Assembly (NCBI GenBank): GCA_937127245.1
Contig: CAKZLU010000048.1
Span: forward strand, 9,028 to 73,027
Source: an uncultured Actinomycetes bacterium
GTDB taxonomy: Bacteria > Actinomycetota > Geothermincolia > Fen-727 > JACVIW01
Length of the DNA stretch: 64,000 nt
Direction: 5' to 3'
Made by a program: the position numbers and the translations under genes. Shown one piece after another: positions 49,899 through 60,369 of the stretch (its first letter is position 1; each line of letters begins with the position of its first letter). A model generated the notes under the pieces. That model was not told where the DNA came from, searched no databases, and saw only the letters and a program-made list of their open reading frames with translations.

Positions 49899-51125
49899 TT
49901 GACTTCCGATACAGTTACAGGAAAGACATCCATGGCGGTGGTCGAATTGGAAGACAATTGCAAGATTCTTCTCGTAAGCGGAACGAACAGCATGGTGAAA
50001 ACTGTCGTCGGTATGCTAAATGAGATCTGCGGTGGCGGGTTGGATATTGAGCATAAGAAGAACTTTTCGCAAGCGAAAGGGCGGCTCAAATCTTGTAGTG
50101 CTCATGTTGTGCTTCTTGATGGCTTAGATTTGAAAGCTTCATTGAGTCAGACAGTGAGACAAATAAGGGAAATTTCGACAAGACCTCTTGTCGTTGTTGG
50201 GCCAAACGATGAGGCGCTGGCAATCAAGTGCATAGGGGCTGGGGCTGACGATTACATTTCCGTTTCGGAATTGTCCCCCTCTTTGATTAAAAGGGCCCTT
50301 GATTTCGTGATCGCCCGCTCAAAGCGAAATGAGAGCGGATTTTTATACGGTGATGATGATTCGAATTCCAGGGGCAATTCGAGTTTTCGTGAGCATATTG
50401 ACATGATTGAAATGGCTGCGCATGAATTGAGGCACCCCGCCACTGTGATTAAGGGCTACCTGACTCTTTTGAGAGAATACGGTGAGGCGATTGACGAGGA
50501 AACGAGAAAAGAGGCGGTCTTGGGAATCGAGGAGGCTTCCAACCGCCTCACCCGCCTGATTAACACGCTTCTTGATACGACGAGAATTGAGAAAAAACAA
50601 TTCCGTATTGTTAAGAAGCCAGCAAGACCCAAATCGCTTGTCTTGAGAGTGATCTCTGAAGTGCGTACGCACGGCGTGGGAGTTCCCATCAATCTGCTTT
50701 ATGCGGGAGAAACTGAATTCATAGAAGTTGACGCCGAAAGAATCAAGGACGTCCTGGCGATTCTTGTCGATAATGCCGTCAGGTACACCCCTTCAGGTGA
50801 GGAGGTTGATATATGGATTGAGGATGCACCCTCGGAGGTCATATTTAACGTGGCTGACAGGGGTCCAGGCATACCCGAGGAGGACAGGGATAAGATTTTC
50901 GAAAGATTCTATCGGGTGGAGGGAAAACCTTATGATTACAAGCCAGGGATAGGGCTCGGACTTTTCATCGCCAAGAATTATGTCAGCGCTCACGGTGGTT
51001 GGATTAAGGTTGAGCCGAGAGATGGTGGAGGATCTGTGTTTTCTTTCGGTGTCCCGATTGCCGCGGGTGAGATTCACGAGAAAGAGGATCCGCTGGGAAA
51101 ATTGCTTCGGAGGCTTGAGTCGTAA
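49899..51125 (+). CDS. Cytoplasmic histidine kinase with N-terminal atypical receiver domain
   Basis: REC-like (VVLLDG, GADDY, conserved Lys missing), AAHELRHP, LVDNAVRYT, DRGPGI, GIGLGL, GGSVF; no TM helix. Confidence 0.88.
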   Translation: MTSDTVTGKTSMAVVELEDNCKILLVSGTNSMVKTVVGMLNEICGGGLDIEHKKNFSQAKGRLKSCSAHVVLLDGLDLKASLSQTVRQIREISTRPLVVVGPNDEALAIKCIGAGADDYISVSELSPSLIKRALDFVIARSKRNESGFLYGDDDSNSRGNSSFREHIDMIEMAAHELRHPATVIKGYLTLLREYGEAIDEETRKEAVLGIEEASNRLTRLINTLLDTTRIEKKQFRIVKKPARPKSLVLRVISEVRTHGVGVPINLLYAGETEFIEVDAERIKDVLAILVDNAVRYTPSGEEVDIWIEDAPSEVIFNVADRGPGIPEEDRDKIFERFYRVEGKPYDYKPGIGLGLFIAKNYVSAHGGWIKVEPRDGGGSVFSFGVPIAAGEIHEKEDPLGKLLRRLES

Positions 51126-51533
51126 ATGGAGGAAACGAGTAAATACGAAAGTGACAGGAAAATAAGAATCGTGGTCATAGACGATGACCCAACAATCGTG
51201 AAAGTCGTGAGGATCATCCTTCAGACCAACGGTTTCGAGGTCATCGAAGCATTGAACGGCGCTGAAGCGCTTGACCTTGTGGAAAACGAATTGCCGGACA
51301 TCGTGCTTCTTGACATCATGATGCCGGAAATGGATGGATTCGAGGTTCTACGACGCCTGAAAGAAAATGAAGCCACAAAGGAAATTCCTGTTGTTTTTCT
51401 CACCGCCAAAACTGGTGCCGAATACGTAAACAGAGGTGTCGAGATGGGTGCCTCAGAATACATCATAAAACCATTTTCACCCGCCGCTCTTATCGCCAAA
51501 ATAAACGAGCTGACCGACTCGGGTAACGGATAG
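51126..51533 (+). CDS. Single-domain response regulator
   Basis: IDDD, LLDIMMP, FLTAK, YIIKPF. Confidence 0.92.
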   Translation: MEETSKYESDRKIRIVVIDDDPTIVKVVRIILQTNGFEVIEALNGAEALDLVENELPDIVLLDIMMPEMDGFEVLRRLKENEATKEIPVVFLTAKTGAEYVNRGVEMGASEYIIKPFSPAALIAKINELTDSGNG

Positions 51534-51683
51534 CTCCTTTTTTCGAATCGCTCTTGTCGCAGGCAACCCGGTCAGTTTCACTTCCTTGCTTCCCCATGTT
51601 AAGAGCCTTTTCAGGCGCGTCAACTGCTAAAATGTGAGAGAAAAAAGCAAACACGCCCCTTTTTTAAAGCGAGCTGCATATAT

Positions 51684-52556
51684 TTGTTTGAGCGGGGGGA
51701 TACGGGATTGCCGCAAGGGTATGAAGAGCTAAAGATAACAAGGCGCAAGGGTGAAAGCTCGGAGGCAGCCTCGGACCTCGTTGCGCGGGAATCCCCGCTT
51801 GAGATAGTTGTTAACGGTGAGGTTCTAACGACGCTTCTCAGGACCCCGGGGGATGATTCAGACCTTATTTTGGGTTTCTTGTATTCCTCAGGCATAATTG
51901 GCGGGATTGAGGATATCGAAAACCAGAGGAGCTTCGCTGGCGAAGAAGGCAAAAAGCCTTTCATTTATGAAGGCGATTTCCCCTCTTTTCTCCACTCATC
52001 AGCCAGTGCTCGCAGAGTGGAGATAACCCTTCGGTCTCGTTCAACTCTGTCGCTTGTCAGCTGGAATAGATTTTCCTGGGATTCCGGGATGTTGTCCCGC
52101 GCCGGGAGATTGGCGGCTTCGAGAAGAAAAGACCCGGACGCGCCGATTCAAGCCCTTTTCGATGCTCGCCTGATTATTAAACTCGGAGATGCGATGAAGG
52201 AAAATCAAACCTTATTCAATCTCACTGGCGGGACTCACGCAGCGGCTATTTTCACGAAGGATGGAAAAATCATCAAAGTCTTCGAGGACGTGGGCAGGCA
52301 TAACGCTATAGACAAGGCGATTGGCAACGCCTTGCGCGCCCGAGTTGATTTATATGACAAGGGGCTCCTTTTGTCCGGCAGGGCAAGCTCTGAGATGGTG
52401 ATAAAAACCGCCGTTTCCGGAATACCGCTACTTTGCTCCGTGTCGGCGCCTACAAGCCTGGGGGTTGAGCTTGCCGAGAAGCTCGGTCTGACGGTAGTGG
52501 GTTTTTTGAGAGAGCAAAGATTCAACATTTACTCGCACGAGTGGAGGATTTCCTGA
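51684..52556 (+). CDS. fdhD: Formate dehydrogenase accessory sulfurtransferase
   Basis: ARESPLEI, LRTPG, TGGTHAA, EDVGRHNAIDKAIG, LSGRASSEMV, SAPTSLGV. Confidence 0.9.
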   Translation: MFERGDTGLPQGYEELKITRRKGESSEAASDLVARESPLEIVVNGEVLTTLLRTPGDDSDLILGFLYSSGIIGGIEDIENQRSFAGEEGKKPFIYEGDFPSFLHSSASARRVEITLRSRSTLSLVSWNRFSWDSGMLSRAGRLAASRRKDPDAPIQALFDARLIIKLGDAMKENQTLFNLTGGTHAAAIFTKDGKIIKVFEDVGRHNAIDKAIGNALRARVDLYDKGLLLSGRASSEMVIKTAVSGIPLLCSVSAPTSLGVELAEKLGLTVVGFLREQRFNIYSHEWRIS

Positions 52557-52562
52557 TAGCCA

Positions 52563-53174
52563 ATGTACTGTTGTCTCATTTTAGCGGGTGGACGGGGAAA
52601 AAGGTTTAAGGGAAACAAGGCTCTCTTAAAGGTAGGAGGCAAATGGGTAATCGACATCCAGATCGAGGAACTTAATCCCCTGTTTGAAGAGTTTCTCATT
52701 GTGACAAATAGCGAGGATTACGGTCCCGTTAATTTTTTGGAGCGTGAAGGCGTTCGCGTCATTGAAGAAACCGTCAGTGGCCAAGGACCACTTGGCGGGA
52801 TTTTAAGCGGTCTGGAAGCGTCGCGCTACGATAAGAACTTCGTGATTGCATGCGATATGCCTTTCGTTAGAAGAAACGCGGTTTCCTATGTGCTGAAAAG
52901 ACTGGACGGTAGCGATTGTGACGTGTGCGTACCCCAAACCCCAAAGGGTTTGGAACCTTTATTTGCCGCTTACAGAAAAACATGTATTCCCGCGATCAAG
53001 GAAGAGATAAAATCTGGAAATCTGAAGGTCACCGGCTTCATGCATCGGGTGGTCGTGTGCGAAATAAGCTGGGAAGAATTGGAAATTTATGATCCAAGCG
53101 GTGCCATCTTTATGAACATAAACACGAAAAGTGAACTTGCCGAGGCGGAGAGGCTACTCGAGGGTTCGGGATGA
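52563..53174 (+). CDS. mobA: Molybdenum cofactor guanylyltransferase
   Basis: ILAGGRGKRF, KALL, GPLGGI, IACDMPF, EPLFAAY, NINT. Confidence 0.92.
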   Translation: MYCCLILAGGRGKRFKGNKALLKVGGKWVIDIQIEELNPLFEEFLIVTNSEDYGPVNFLEREGVRVIEETVSGQGPLGGILSGLEASRYDKNFVIACDMPFVRRNAVSYVLKRLDGSDCDVCVPQTPKGLEPLFAAYRKTCIPAIKEEIKSGNLKVTGFMHRVVVCEISWEELEIYDPSGAIFMNINTKSELAEAERLLEGSG

Positions 53175-53857
53175 AGGAATTCAAATTCCTCGCGACTGGA
53201 AGTACCACAGCATGGGACCTTGTGAATTACGTTTCTGATTCTTTGGAATACTTGCGAATTCCTTATACCTTAGAGGTTGAAGAGCAAATCGGAGGGGACG
53301 CGGCAGTCATAAGGGTAAGTTTTTCGGACAGGGACTCAGCCGGGAAAAATGGTGAACGGTTAAAGGGCGAGCGCTCCTCTCAGGAAAAGGAGAATGTTTA
53401 TGCTGACGCTCTTATGGTTTGCTGCCTTCGTTTTGAACGAGAGAAAGGCGCGCAAACTCTGCGCGATGGTTTTGAGGGTCCTTTCGATTATGTAATTGTT
53501 GAGATATCAAGCTCGGTTGACGGCGTGATTCAGATCGGGCTTGAGAATTTCTTAAAGGAATCCGGCTCAAAGAAAGTTCTCTTTTGGTCGGACCAAAAGG
53601 AAAAGATTTGCGCTTTTGAAAAAGTGTTTGACAGGGTATTACGCGGGATATTTACGGAATCGGAGGTTGCGATAATGCCTGAAGACATCCCCGAACAGTT
53701 GGTCGATAGGCTAAGAAACGAGGCCGTTGACCGGAAGTTGACTTGCACGAGAGCGCACGAAATAGCGCGGGAGCTGGGTTTACCGGTCAGGGTTGTGGGA
53801 AGGGCGTGCGATATTCTTGGTATAAAGATAGTAGAGTGCGAGCTCGGATGCTTTTAG
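53171..53857 (+). CDS. Hypothetical protein with C-terminal Cys-containing small domain
   Basis: ATGA overlap with mobA; C-terminal 60 aa LTCTRAHEIAREL..VGRACD.LGIKI..CELGCF; internal GGAGG RBS and ATG at 53675. Confidence 0.65.
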   Translation: MKEFKFLATGSTTAWDLVNYVSDSLEYLRIPYTLEVEEQIGGDAAVIRVSFSDRDSAGKNGERLKGERSSQEKENVYADALMVCCLRFEREKGAQTLRDGFEGPFDYVIVEISSSVDGVIQIGLENFLKESGSKKVLFWSDQKEKICAFEKVFDRVLRGIFTESEVAIMPEDIPEQLVDRLRNEAVDRKLTCTRAHEIARELGLPVRVVGRACDILGIKIVECELGCF

Positions 53858-54020
53858 CCCTGCGGTTCGGGCCCGGAGAGCATACACGTTTCGGCTTACC
53901 GAAGGACGAAGTGAAAACGGCTAGCTGTTATAATCGATATTCATCGTATAGTCCAAAAGAGTAATTCACATACGTTTTTGACGTCGCTTACAGAGGTCAT
54001 GCAATACCAAAGGAGGCAAA

Positions 54021-54269
54021 ATGCCCTTGGTGAAACTACAAGCCACTCTTGCAAAGGCAGCCGGTGAGAAGGAGTTCGAAGTTCAGGCCAGGCAAGTCTC
54101 CGAGCTTCTTGAGATTGTGGCTCGCCGGTACGAGGGAAAAGTTGACAAGTATCTTAAGAACGCTATCGTCCTGGTAAACGGGAAGAACGTGAATTTCATT
54201 GACGGCAGGGAGACGAAACTGAAAAGACATGATGTTGTCTCGATATATCCGCCAATTGGCGGTGGCTGA
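54021..54269 (+). CDS. MoaD/ThiS family sulfur carrier
   Basis: 82 aa, VLVNGKNV, C-terminal IYPPIGGG; GGAGG RBS. Confidence 0.9.
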   Translation: MPLVKLQATLAKAAGEKEFEVQARQVSELLEIVARRYEGKVDKYLKNAIVLVNGKNVNFIDGRETKLKRHDVVSIYPPIGGG

Positions 54270-54390
54270 TTTCGCAAACCGAAAGGAGCCGCTCGGCGGT
54301 TTTGATATCCATAAATTTGCGGGTTATACGGTGTTACGCCAATTTTTAAAAGCGTTTGAATTTGATAATTTACCTGGAGATTCGTAAGGG

Positions 54391-56592
54391 GTGGTTTACT
54401 TGCCCGAACTGTATAAAGAGCTCGGATTGAAAAGAGAGGAATATGAGGAAATAGTGAGATTGTTAGGCAGAGAGCCTAACAACGTTGAACTGGGCATGTA
54501 TTCTGTCATGTGGTCCGAGCATTGTAGTTACAAGAGTTCCAAGGTGGAATTAAGGAAACTGCCGACTAAGGGACCCGGCATAATCTTGGGTCCAGGCGAG
54601 AATGCGGGCGTGGTTGATATAGGGGATGGGATAGCGGTGGTTTTCAAGATGGAAAGCCACAATCACCCGAGTGCGGTCGAGCCGTTTCAGGGTGCAGCAA
54701 CCGGCGTTGGCGGTATCGTGAGGGACATTTTCACTATGGGGGCTCGCCCAATCGCGTGTCTTGACCCGCTGCGATTTGGCTCTTTGAAAGAACCGCGGAC
54801 GCGCTATCTATTCGAGGGGGTTGTCGCTGGAATAGCCTCTTATGGAAACTGCATCGGAGTTCCGACTGTGGGGGGTGATTTATACTTCGAGGAAGCCTAT
54901 CAGGAAAACCCTCTCGTGAATGTGATGTGTGTGGGCATCATGCCGAAGGAAAGGCTTATCAGGGCGAGGGCTTCCGTCCCCGGGAGCATCGGGGTCTTGA
55001 TTGGATCAAGCACGGGTCGGGATGGTATCGGCGGGGTTAGCGTACTTGCCAGTCAGGAGTTTGACGAGAGGAGCACCGAGAAGCGTCCGAGCGTCCAGGT
55101 CGCTGATCCTTTCACCGAAAAACTCGAGATCGAAGCTTGTCTTGAGATGCTCGAGAAGAACCTCCTTTTGGGACTTCAGGATTTGGGCGGTGCGGGCCTG
55201 ACCTGCGCGACTTGCGAAACTGCGGACCGCGGGGGCTGCGGTATGGACGTTGAAATCTCGAAGGTTCCGTTAAGGGAGCCTGACATGGAGCCTGTTGAGA
55301 TTATGATGTCTGAGTCGCAAGAGAGAATGTTTGCGATCTGCTCGCCCGAGAATTTGGATGAGGTTCTCTCGATATGCAGGCGCTGGGGGCTTAATGCCGT
55401 TCCCGTGGCTGAGGTGACAGAAGGGGATACGTTAAGGGTGCTCAAAGACGGGGAGGTTGTGGCTGAAGTGCCCGCAAGTTCGCTCGCGAAAGGACCTGAG
55501 TATAATCGACCCGCCAAAAGGCCAAGGTACCTTGACGATGTAAACACTTTTGATTTCTCAACCCTTGCTCTACCTTCCGATTTAGGGCAAGTCCTTGTGG
55601 CTCTTATCTCCTCGCCCAATATATGCAGCAGAAGGTGGGTATTTGAACAGTACGACCACATGGTCCAGGTTAACACAGTGGCTTACCCGGGTAGTGACGC
55701 GGCGATTTTGCGGGTGAAAGGCAGTAAAAAAGGTCTTGCATTGAGTTGCGACTGCAACGGACGCTATTGCTATTTGGACCCGTACGTCGGAACCCAGATT
55801 GCGCTTGCGGAGAGCGCGAGGAACGTGGCGTGTTCCGGGGCAAAACCTGTTGCTATCACTAACTGCCTGAACTTTGGAAGCCCTGAAAAACCGGAGATAT
55901 TCTGGCAGTTCAAGGAGGCTGTGAGGGGTCTTGCGGACGGGTGCGAAATACTCGGAACGCCGGTGGTCGGGGGAAATGTTAGTTTTTATAACGAGTCTTT
56001 CGGTGAGGCGATTTACCCCACCCCGATAGTGGGTATGCTCGGTGTCCTTGAGGATATAGACGAGCGGATTCCTTCCTGCTTTACCCGCGAAGGGGACCTT
56101 ATAGCCCTGATTGGCGTGACCAAAAATGAGCTCGGAGGAAGCGAGTATCTCAAGGTGATTCACGATGTCGTGGCGGGACCTCCTCCCGAGATTGATTGGG
56201 ATTCCGAGAAGGCTTTGATAGATTTCTTGAGGTTGGCGGCGAAAAGCAGGGTTATCTCTTCGGCGCATGACTTAAGTGAGGGAGGGCTTGGAATAGCCCT
56301 TGCCGAGGCGTGCGTTTCGGGTGGCATAGGCGCAAGCGTTGAAATTGACCACCATCTTCCTCTCCACGTATACCTTTTCAGTGAGTCTCAAGGCAGAGCG
56401 CTTGTAAGCTTCAACCCTGAGAAAAGAAAAGATTTAGAGGACATTGCCGACAGGAGCGGTGTCCTGTTTACTCTTATTGGCAAGACAGGGGGAACCCACC
56501 TCAAAGTGGCGCAGGCGTTTTCCATCCTGGTGGATGAACTAAGTGAGCTTTATTACACTTCGCTTGAAAAAATGCTTCACGGTGATTTATGA
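54391..56592 (+). CDS. purL: Phosphoribosylformylglycinamidine synthase subunit PurL (small type)
   Basis: WSEHCSYK, ESHNHPSAVEP, GAATGVGG, SESQERM, NCLNFG, GGNVSFYNE. Confidence 0.97.
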   Translation: MVYLPELYKELGLKREEYEEIVRLLGREPNNVELGMYSVMWSEHCSYKSSKVELRKLPTKGPGIILGPGENAGVVDIGDGIAVVFKMESHNHPSAVEPFQGAATGVGGIVRDIFTMGARPIACLDPLRFGSLKEPRTRYLFEGVVAGIASYGNCIGVPTVGGDLYFEEAYQENPLVNVMCVGIMPKERLIRARASVPGSIGVLIGSSTGRDGIGGVSVLASQEFDERSTEKRPSVQVADPFTEKLEIEACLEMLEKNLLLGLQDLGGAGLTCATCETADRGGCGMDVEISKVPLREPDMEPVEIMMSESQERMFAICSPENLDEVLSICRRWGLNAVPVAEVTEGDTLRVLKDGEVVAEVPASSLAKGPEYNRPAKRPRYLDDVNTFDFSTLALPSDLGQVLVALISSPNICSRRWVFEQYDHMVQVNTVAYPGSDAAILRVKGSKKGLALSCDCNGRYCYLDPYVGTQIALAESARNVACSGAKPVAITNCLNFGSPEKPEIFWQFKEAVRGLADGCEILGTPVVGGNVSFYNESFGEAIYPTPIVGMLGVLEDIDERIPSCFTREGDLIALIGVTKNELGGSEYLKVIHDVVAGPPPEIDWDSEKALIDFLRLAAKSRVISSAHDLSEGGLGIALAEACVSGGIGASVEIDHHLPLHVYLFSESQGRALVSFNPEKRKDLEDIADRSGVLFTLIGKTGGTHLKVAQAFSILVDELSELYYTSLEKMLHGDL

Positions 56593-56910
56593 CACCGTGA
56601 CGTGAGGGAGGAACGGAAGAGATGGAGAAGCTTTGCGCCTTTGGGAGATTTCAGACACTTCGGGAAAATCACCCAAATCCGTGAGTTCTTTCAGGGATTC
56701 TTCCTAAGATATCTTCCACCTTTTTAGTCACTGAAAGGTGGTTTCTGCTGAAAAAAGACGGCGGTACTGATTTCCCTTACAATTTGAACTTTGTTTTTTG
56801 AGAAATATCAGGTTTTCCAGGCATCATAAGAAATATAATAGTTTCTGGAGGGCAGAAAGATTCAGGCGTCTTTTCGCTGGTAAAGGAACAGGAATTATCG
56901 AATCACGGAA

Positions 56911-58353
56911 ATGGGAAAGATGAACGATCGCCTCGAGGAGGCATGCGGCGTTTTCGGTGTGCGGGCCGCGGATGAGGATGTGGGTCGCGTCACTTACTTC
57001 GGGTTGTACGCTCTTCAGCACCGCGGTCAGGAGAGCGCCGGTATAGCGGTTACCAGTGGTGAGGGAATAATTGTTGTTAAGGACATGGGGCTTGTCTCCC
57101 AGGTTTTCTCGGAAAACAGTTTTGAAAACCTAACTGGGTACATGGCAATCGGGCATGTGAGATATTCCACTACGGGCTCTACCTACTGGGAAAACGCGCA
57201 GCCCACATACAACATGAGCAAGTTTGGTCCCATATCGATTGCTCACAATGGAAATCTGGTTAACACTGATGAACTTGTGGACTGGCTCTCCTCGCGGGGC
57301 GTAAGCCTTACCGACCTTAACCCAAGAATGAAAACTTCCACTGATTCCGCGATCATAGGGGGGCTTTTGAGCTGTTCGGGCGCTGACTCTTTGGAGGAAG
57401 CGATCGGTGAGATGTTTCCCCGTCTCAAGGGCGCGTATTCACTTGTGATCTTAAGCGAGAAAAAACTTTACGGAGTGAAGGACCCCTATGGCATAAGACC
57501 CCTCTGCATCGGTAGAAGGGATGGGGATTACTTTATTTCGAGCGAGAGTGCGGCTTTGGACGTGGTTGGGGCTAAATTCATGCGTGAGATCAGCCCCGGT
57601 GAGCTGGTTAGCATTGACGAAAACGGCGTCTCGTCAAGATATTTCACCGAGCCTCAAAAGCCTTCGCTGTGTATTTTCGAGTTCATTTACTTCGCAAGAC
57701 CTGACTCAATTCTCTATGACCGGCTTCTCTTTGACGCGAGGAAGGAAATGGGTGCGCACCTTGCAGAGGAAGCCCCGGTTGATGCCGATATCGTCATACC
57801 CGTTCCGGATTCAGGCGTGCCAGCGGCGATTGGGTTTGCTGAAAAATCAGGAATTCCCTACGGGGAGGGGCTCATAAAAAACAGGTATATTGGCAGGACT
57901 TTTATCCAGCCCACGCAGTCGATAAGGCAACTTGGTGTAAAGTTGAAACTCAATCCACTGCGCCCGATCATCTCAGGGAAAAGGCTTATCGTGGTTGATG
58001 ATTCTATTGTCAGGGGAACCACGAGCAGACAGATCGTATCGATTCTTAAGGAAGCGGGAGCGGCTGAAGTTCACATGAGGATAAGTTCCCCGCCAATCCG
58101 ATACCCTTGCTTTTATGGGATAGACACCGCGGTGAGGAGCGAACTCATCGCCTCGAAGCTTGATGTTGAGGAAATAAGAAAATTCCTTGGGGCTGACACA
58201 CTCCATTATTTGAGTATGGAAAACCTGATAAAATCGTGCGGTTCGCCAAAGGAGAAATTCTGCACCGCCTGCTTTGATGGAGCATACCCGATAGAAGTGC
58301 CGTCCGGTCTCAAACTATCCAAGTTCAGGCTCGAAGAGGAGAGCAAGGTTTGA
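56911..58353 (+). CDS. purF: Amidophosphoribosyltransferase
   Basis: EEACGVFG, LQHRGQE, HVRYST, HNGNL, VVDDSIVRGTT, YGID, FCTACF. Confidence 0.97.
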   Translation: MGKMNDRLEEACGVFGVRAADEDVGRVTYFGLYALQHRGQESAGIAVTSGEGIIVVKDMGLVSQVFSENSFENLTGYMAIGHVRYSTTGSTYWENAQPTYNMSKFGPISIAHNGNLVNTDELVDWLSSRGVSLTDLNPRMKTSTDSAIIGGLLSCSGADSLEEAIGEMFPRLKGAYSLVILSEKKLYGVKDPYGIRPLCIGRRDGDYFISSESAALDVVGAKFMREISPGELVSIDENGVSSRYFTEPQKPSLCIFEFIYFARPDSILYDRLLFDARKEMGAHLAEEAPVDADIVIPVPDSGVPAAIGFAEKSGIPYGEGLIKNRYIGRTFIQPTQSIRQLGVKLKLNPLRPIISGKRLIVVDDSIVRGTTSRQIVSILKEAGAAEVHMRISSPPIRYPCFYGIDTAVRSELIASKLDVEEIRKFLGADTLHYLSMENLIKSCGSPKEKFCTACFDGAYPIEVPSGLKLSKFRLEEESKV

Positions 58354-58536
58354 GGGTCGCGACGCGGGCTGATGTAAATAGCTTGATTGGCCAAGAGCAC
58401 TCTGATTTGTTCTTTGCTTCGGCTAAAGCGATAAGCCTCAAGGTTTTTGATTTTTTGTGACGCTTACCTTTCGGGATAACTCTTATGAAGCGTAAATACA
58501 TGCGAAATTTGCCGGTCCTATAGGAAAAGAGGCGAC

Positions 58537-59571
58537 ATGGCGGAAGAAAAGACATACAAATGGGCGGGGGTTGATATAGAGGCGGCGGATCAGGCCATCT
58601 GCAGAATAAAACAGTTGGTTGAAGAGACTTTCCGCCCAGGCGTGCTCTCTGCGATTGGTGGCTTCGGGTCGATGTTCGAAATCGACCTTGCAAAGTTTGA
58701 GCGACCCGTTTTGGTCTCATCGACCGACGGCGTGGGTACCAAGATAAAACTCGCTCAAATGCTCGGCAAGCACGACACTGTTGGAATTGACCTTGTGGCG
58801 ATGTGCGCGGATGACGTGGTGACATGCGGGGCTGAGCCGCTCTTTTTCCTCGATTACATATCGACTGGCAAAGTGGTGCCGGAAAGAATCGCCGAGATAG
58901 TGAGCGGAATAGCGGCGGGATGCAAGAAAGCGAACTGCGCGCTCGTGGGTGGCGAGATCGCCGAGCACCCCGGAGTATTGCTTGAAGAAGATTATGACCT
59001 TGCCGGTTTTTGCGTTGGGATTGTGGATAAGGACCGCATAATTGACGGATCGAGAGTGGAGTCTGAGGATAAGATAATAGGAATCCTTTCGTCCGGACTG
59101 CACTCGAACGGATATTCGCTTGTAAGAAAGTTGCTTTTCGAATCGGGTGATTTCAATCTGGACGACCAGCTCAAGCAATTTTCGAAACCGCTCGGGCTCG
59201 AACTGCTCACGCCTTCTATCATCTATGCGCCTGTCATTTTGAAACTTGCCTCTCAGGTTGAGGTAAAGGCTGTGGCCCACATAACGGGCGGTGGCATGAC
59301 AGAAAATCTACCGAGGGTAATACCTGAAAACACCGACGCTCTGATATATCTCGGGTCATGGCCGATTCACAACATATTTACCTTCATCCAGAGGGTGGGG
59401 GACATTGACCTTTTTGAGATGCTTCGAGTTTTTAACATGGGCGTGGGCATGGTTGTGATTGTTCCGCCTTCCGATGTGAGGAAGACGCTCGAGATCCTAA
59501 GTTTAAGCGTTTACCGCGCTTTTGAGATTGGCGAGATTGTCGAGGGCTGCGGGAGAGTTCAGTATCGTTAA
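58537..59571 (+). CDS. purM: AIR synthase
   Basis: YKWAGVDI, STDGVGTK, GGEIAEHP, SGLHSNGYSL, AHITGGG, FNMGVGM. Confidence 0.97.
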   Translation: MAEEKTYKWAGVDIEAADQAICRIKQLVEETFRPGVLSAIGGFGSMFEIDLAKFERPVLVSSTDGVGTKIKLAQMLGKHDTVGIDLVAMCADDVVTCGAEPLFFLDYISTGKVVPERIAEIVSGIAAGCKKANCALVGGEIAEHPGVLLEEDYDLAGFCVGIVDKDRIIDGSRVESEDKIIGILSSGLHSNGYSLVRKLLFESGDFNLDDQLKQFSKPLGLELLTPSIIYAPVILKLASQVEVKAVAHITGGGMTENLPRVIPENTDALIYLGSWPIHNIFTFIQRVGDIDLFEMLRVFNMGVGMVVIVPPSDVRKTLEILSLSVYRAFEIGEIVEGCGRVQYR

Positions 59572-59733
59572 TTTGATTTACTCGTTCTTGAGCCAACGCG
59601 AAAACGCTTTGGCCTTTTTGGAATTTGCCACCGCGGGTTTGGATTGGCTCGCTTGAAGGGCTCGCGTCTTTTGATTCTTTTTGGATTTACGCAAAGCTAA
59701 AGCGCGTATTATGGCGGGAAAAGGAGCGCTTCG

Positions 59734-60369
59734 GTGGTGAGCGAGGAAAAGAAAATCAGAATCGCTGTTCTCGCTTCCGGATCCGGCACGAACCTTGAGG
59801 CTATTGCCAGGGCGGCCGAATCTGGCGAGATACCGGTTGAGATTTCGCTCGTATTAAGCGATAACCCCCAGGCCTACGCTCTTGTGAGGGCAGAGAAGCA
59901 CAACATACCCACAAAGTGCTTTCTCATTTCAGATTTCCCGAGCAGGGAAGCGTTCGACAAAGCCATTGCCGATGAGCTGTCGGCTGCGGGAGTTGAACTC
60001 GTTGTTCTTGCCGGCTACATGAAACTTGTCGGCGGCGAAATACTATCAAGGTTTAAAAATCGCATAATGAACATCCACCCCGCGCTTCTTCCCTCCTTCC
60101 CTGGGACGCACGGGGTTAGAGACGCGCTTGAATATGGAGTTAAAGTGAGCGGCGTAACGGTTCATTTCGTCGATGAGGGTCTGGACACTGGACCCATAAT
60201 CTTGCAAGAGGCGGTGCCGGTGTATGACGGTGACGACGAAGAGACGCTGCATCAGCGGATACATCAGGTCGAATACCGGCTGTACCCGCTCGCGATTAAA
60301 CTTTTTGCTCAGGGTAGGCTCAAAGTCGAGGGCGGAAGAGTGAGGATAATCCCCGCTGAGGATGAATAG
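59734..60369 (+). CDS. purN: GAR transformylase
   Basis: LASGSGTNL, VLAGYMK, NIHPALLPSFPG, VHFVDEGLDTGPII. Confidence 0.97.
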   Translation: MVSEEKKIRIAVLASGSGTNLEAIARAAESGEIPVEISLVLSDNPQAYALVRAEKHNIPTKCFLISDFPSREAFDKAIADELSAAGVELVVLAGYMKLVGGEILSRFKNRIMNIHPALLPSFPGTHGVRDALEYGVKVSGVTVHFVDEGLDTGPIILQEAVPVYDGDDEETLHQRIHQVEYRLYPLAIKLFAQGRLKVEGGRVRIIPAEDE

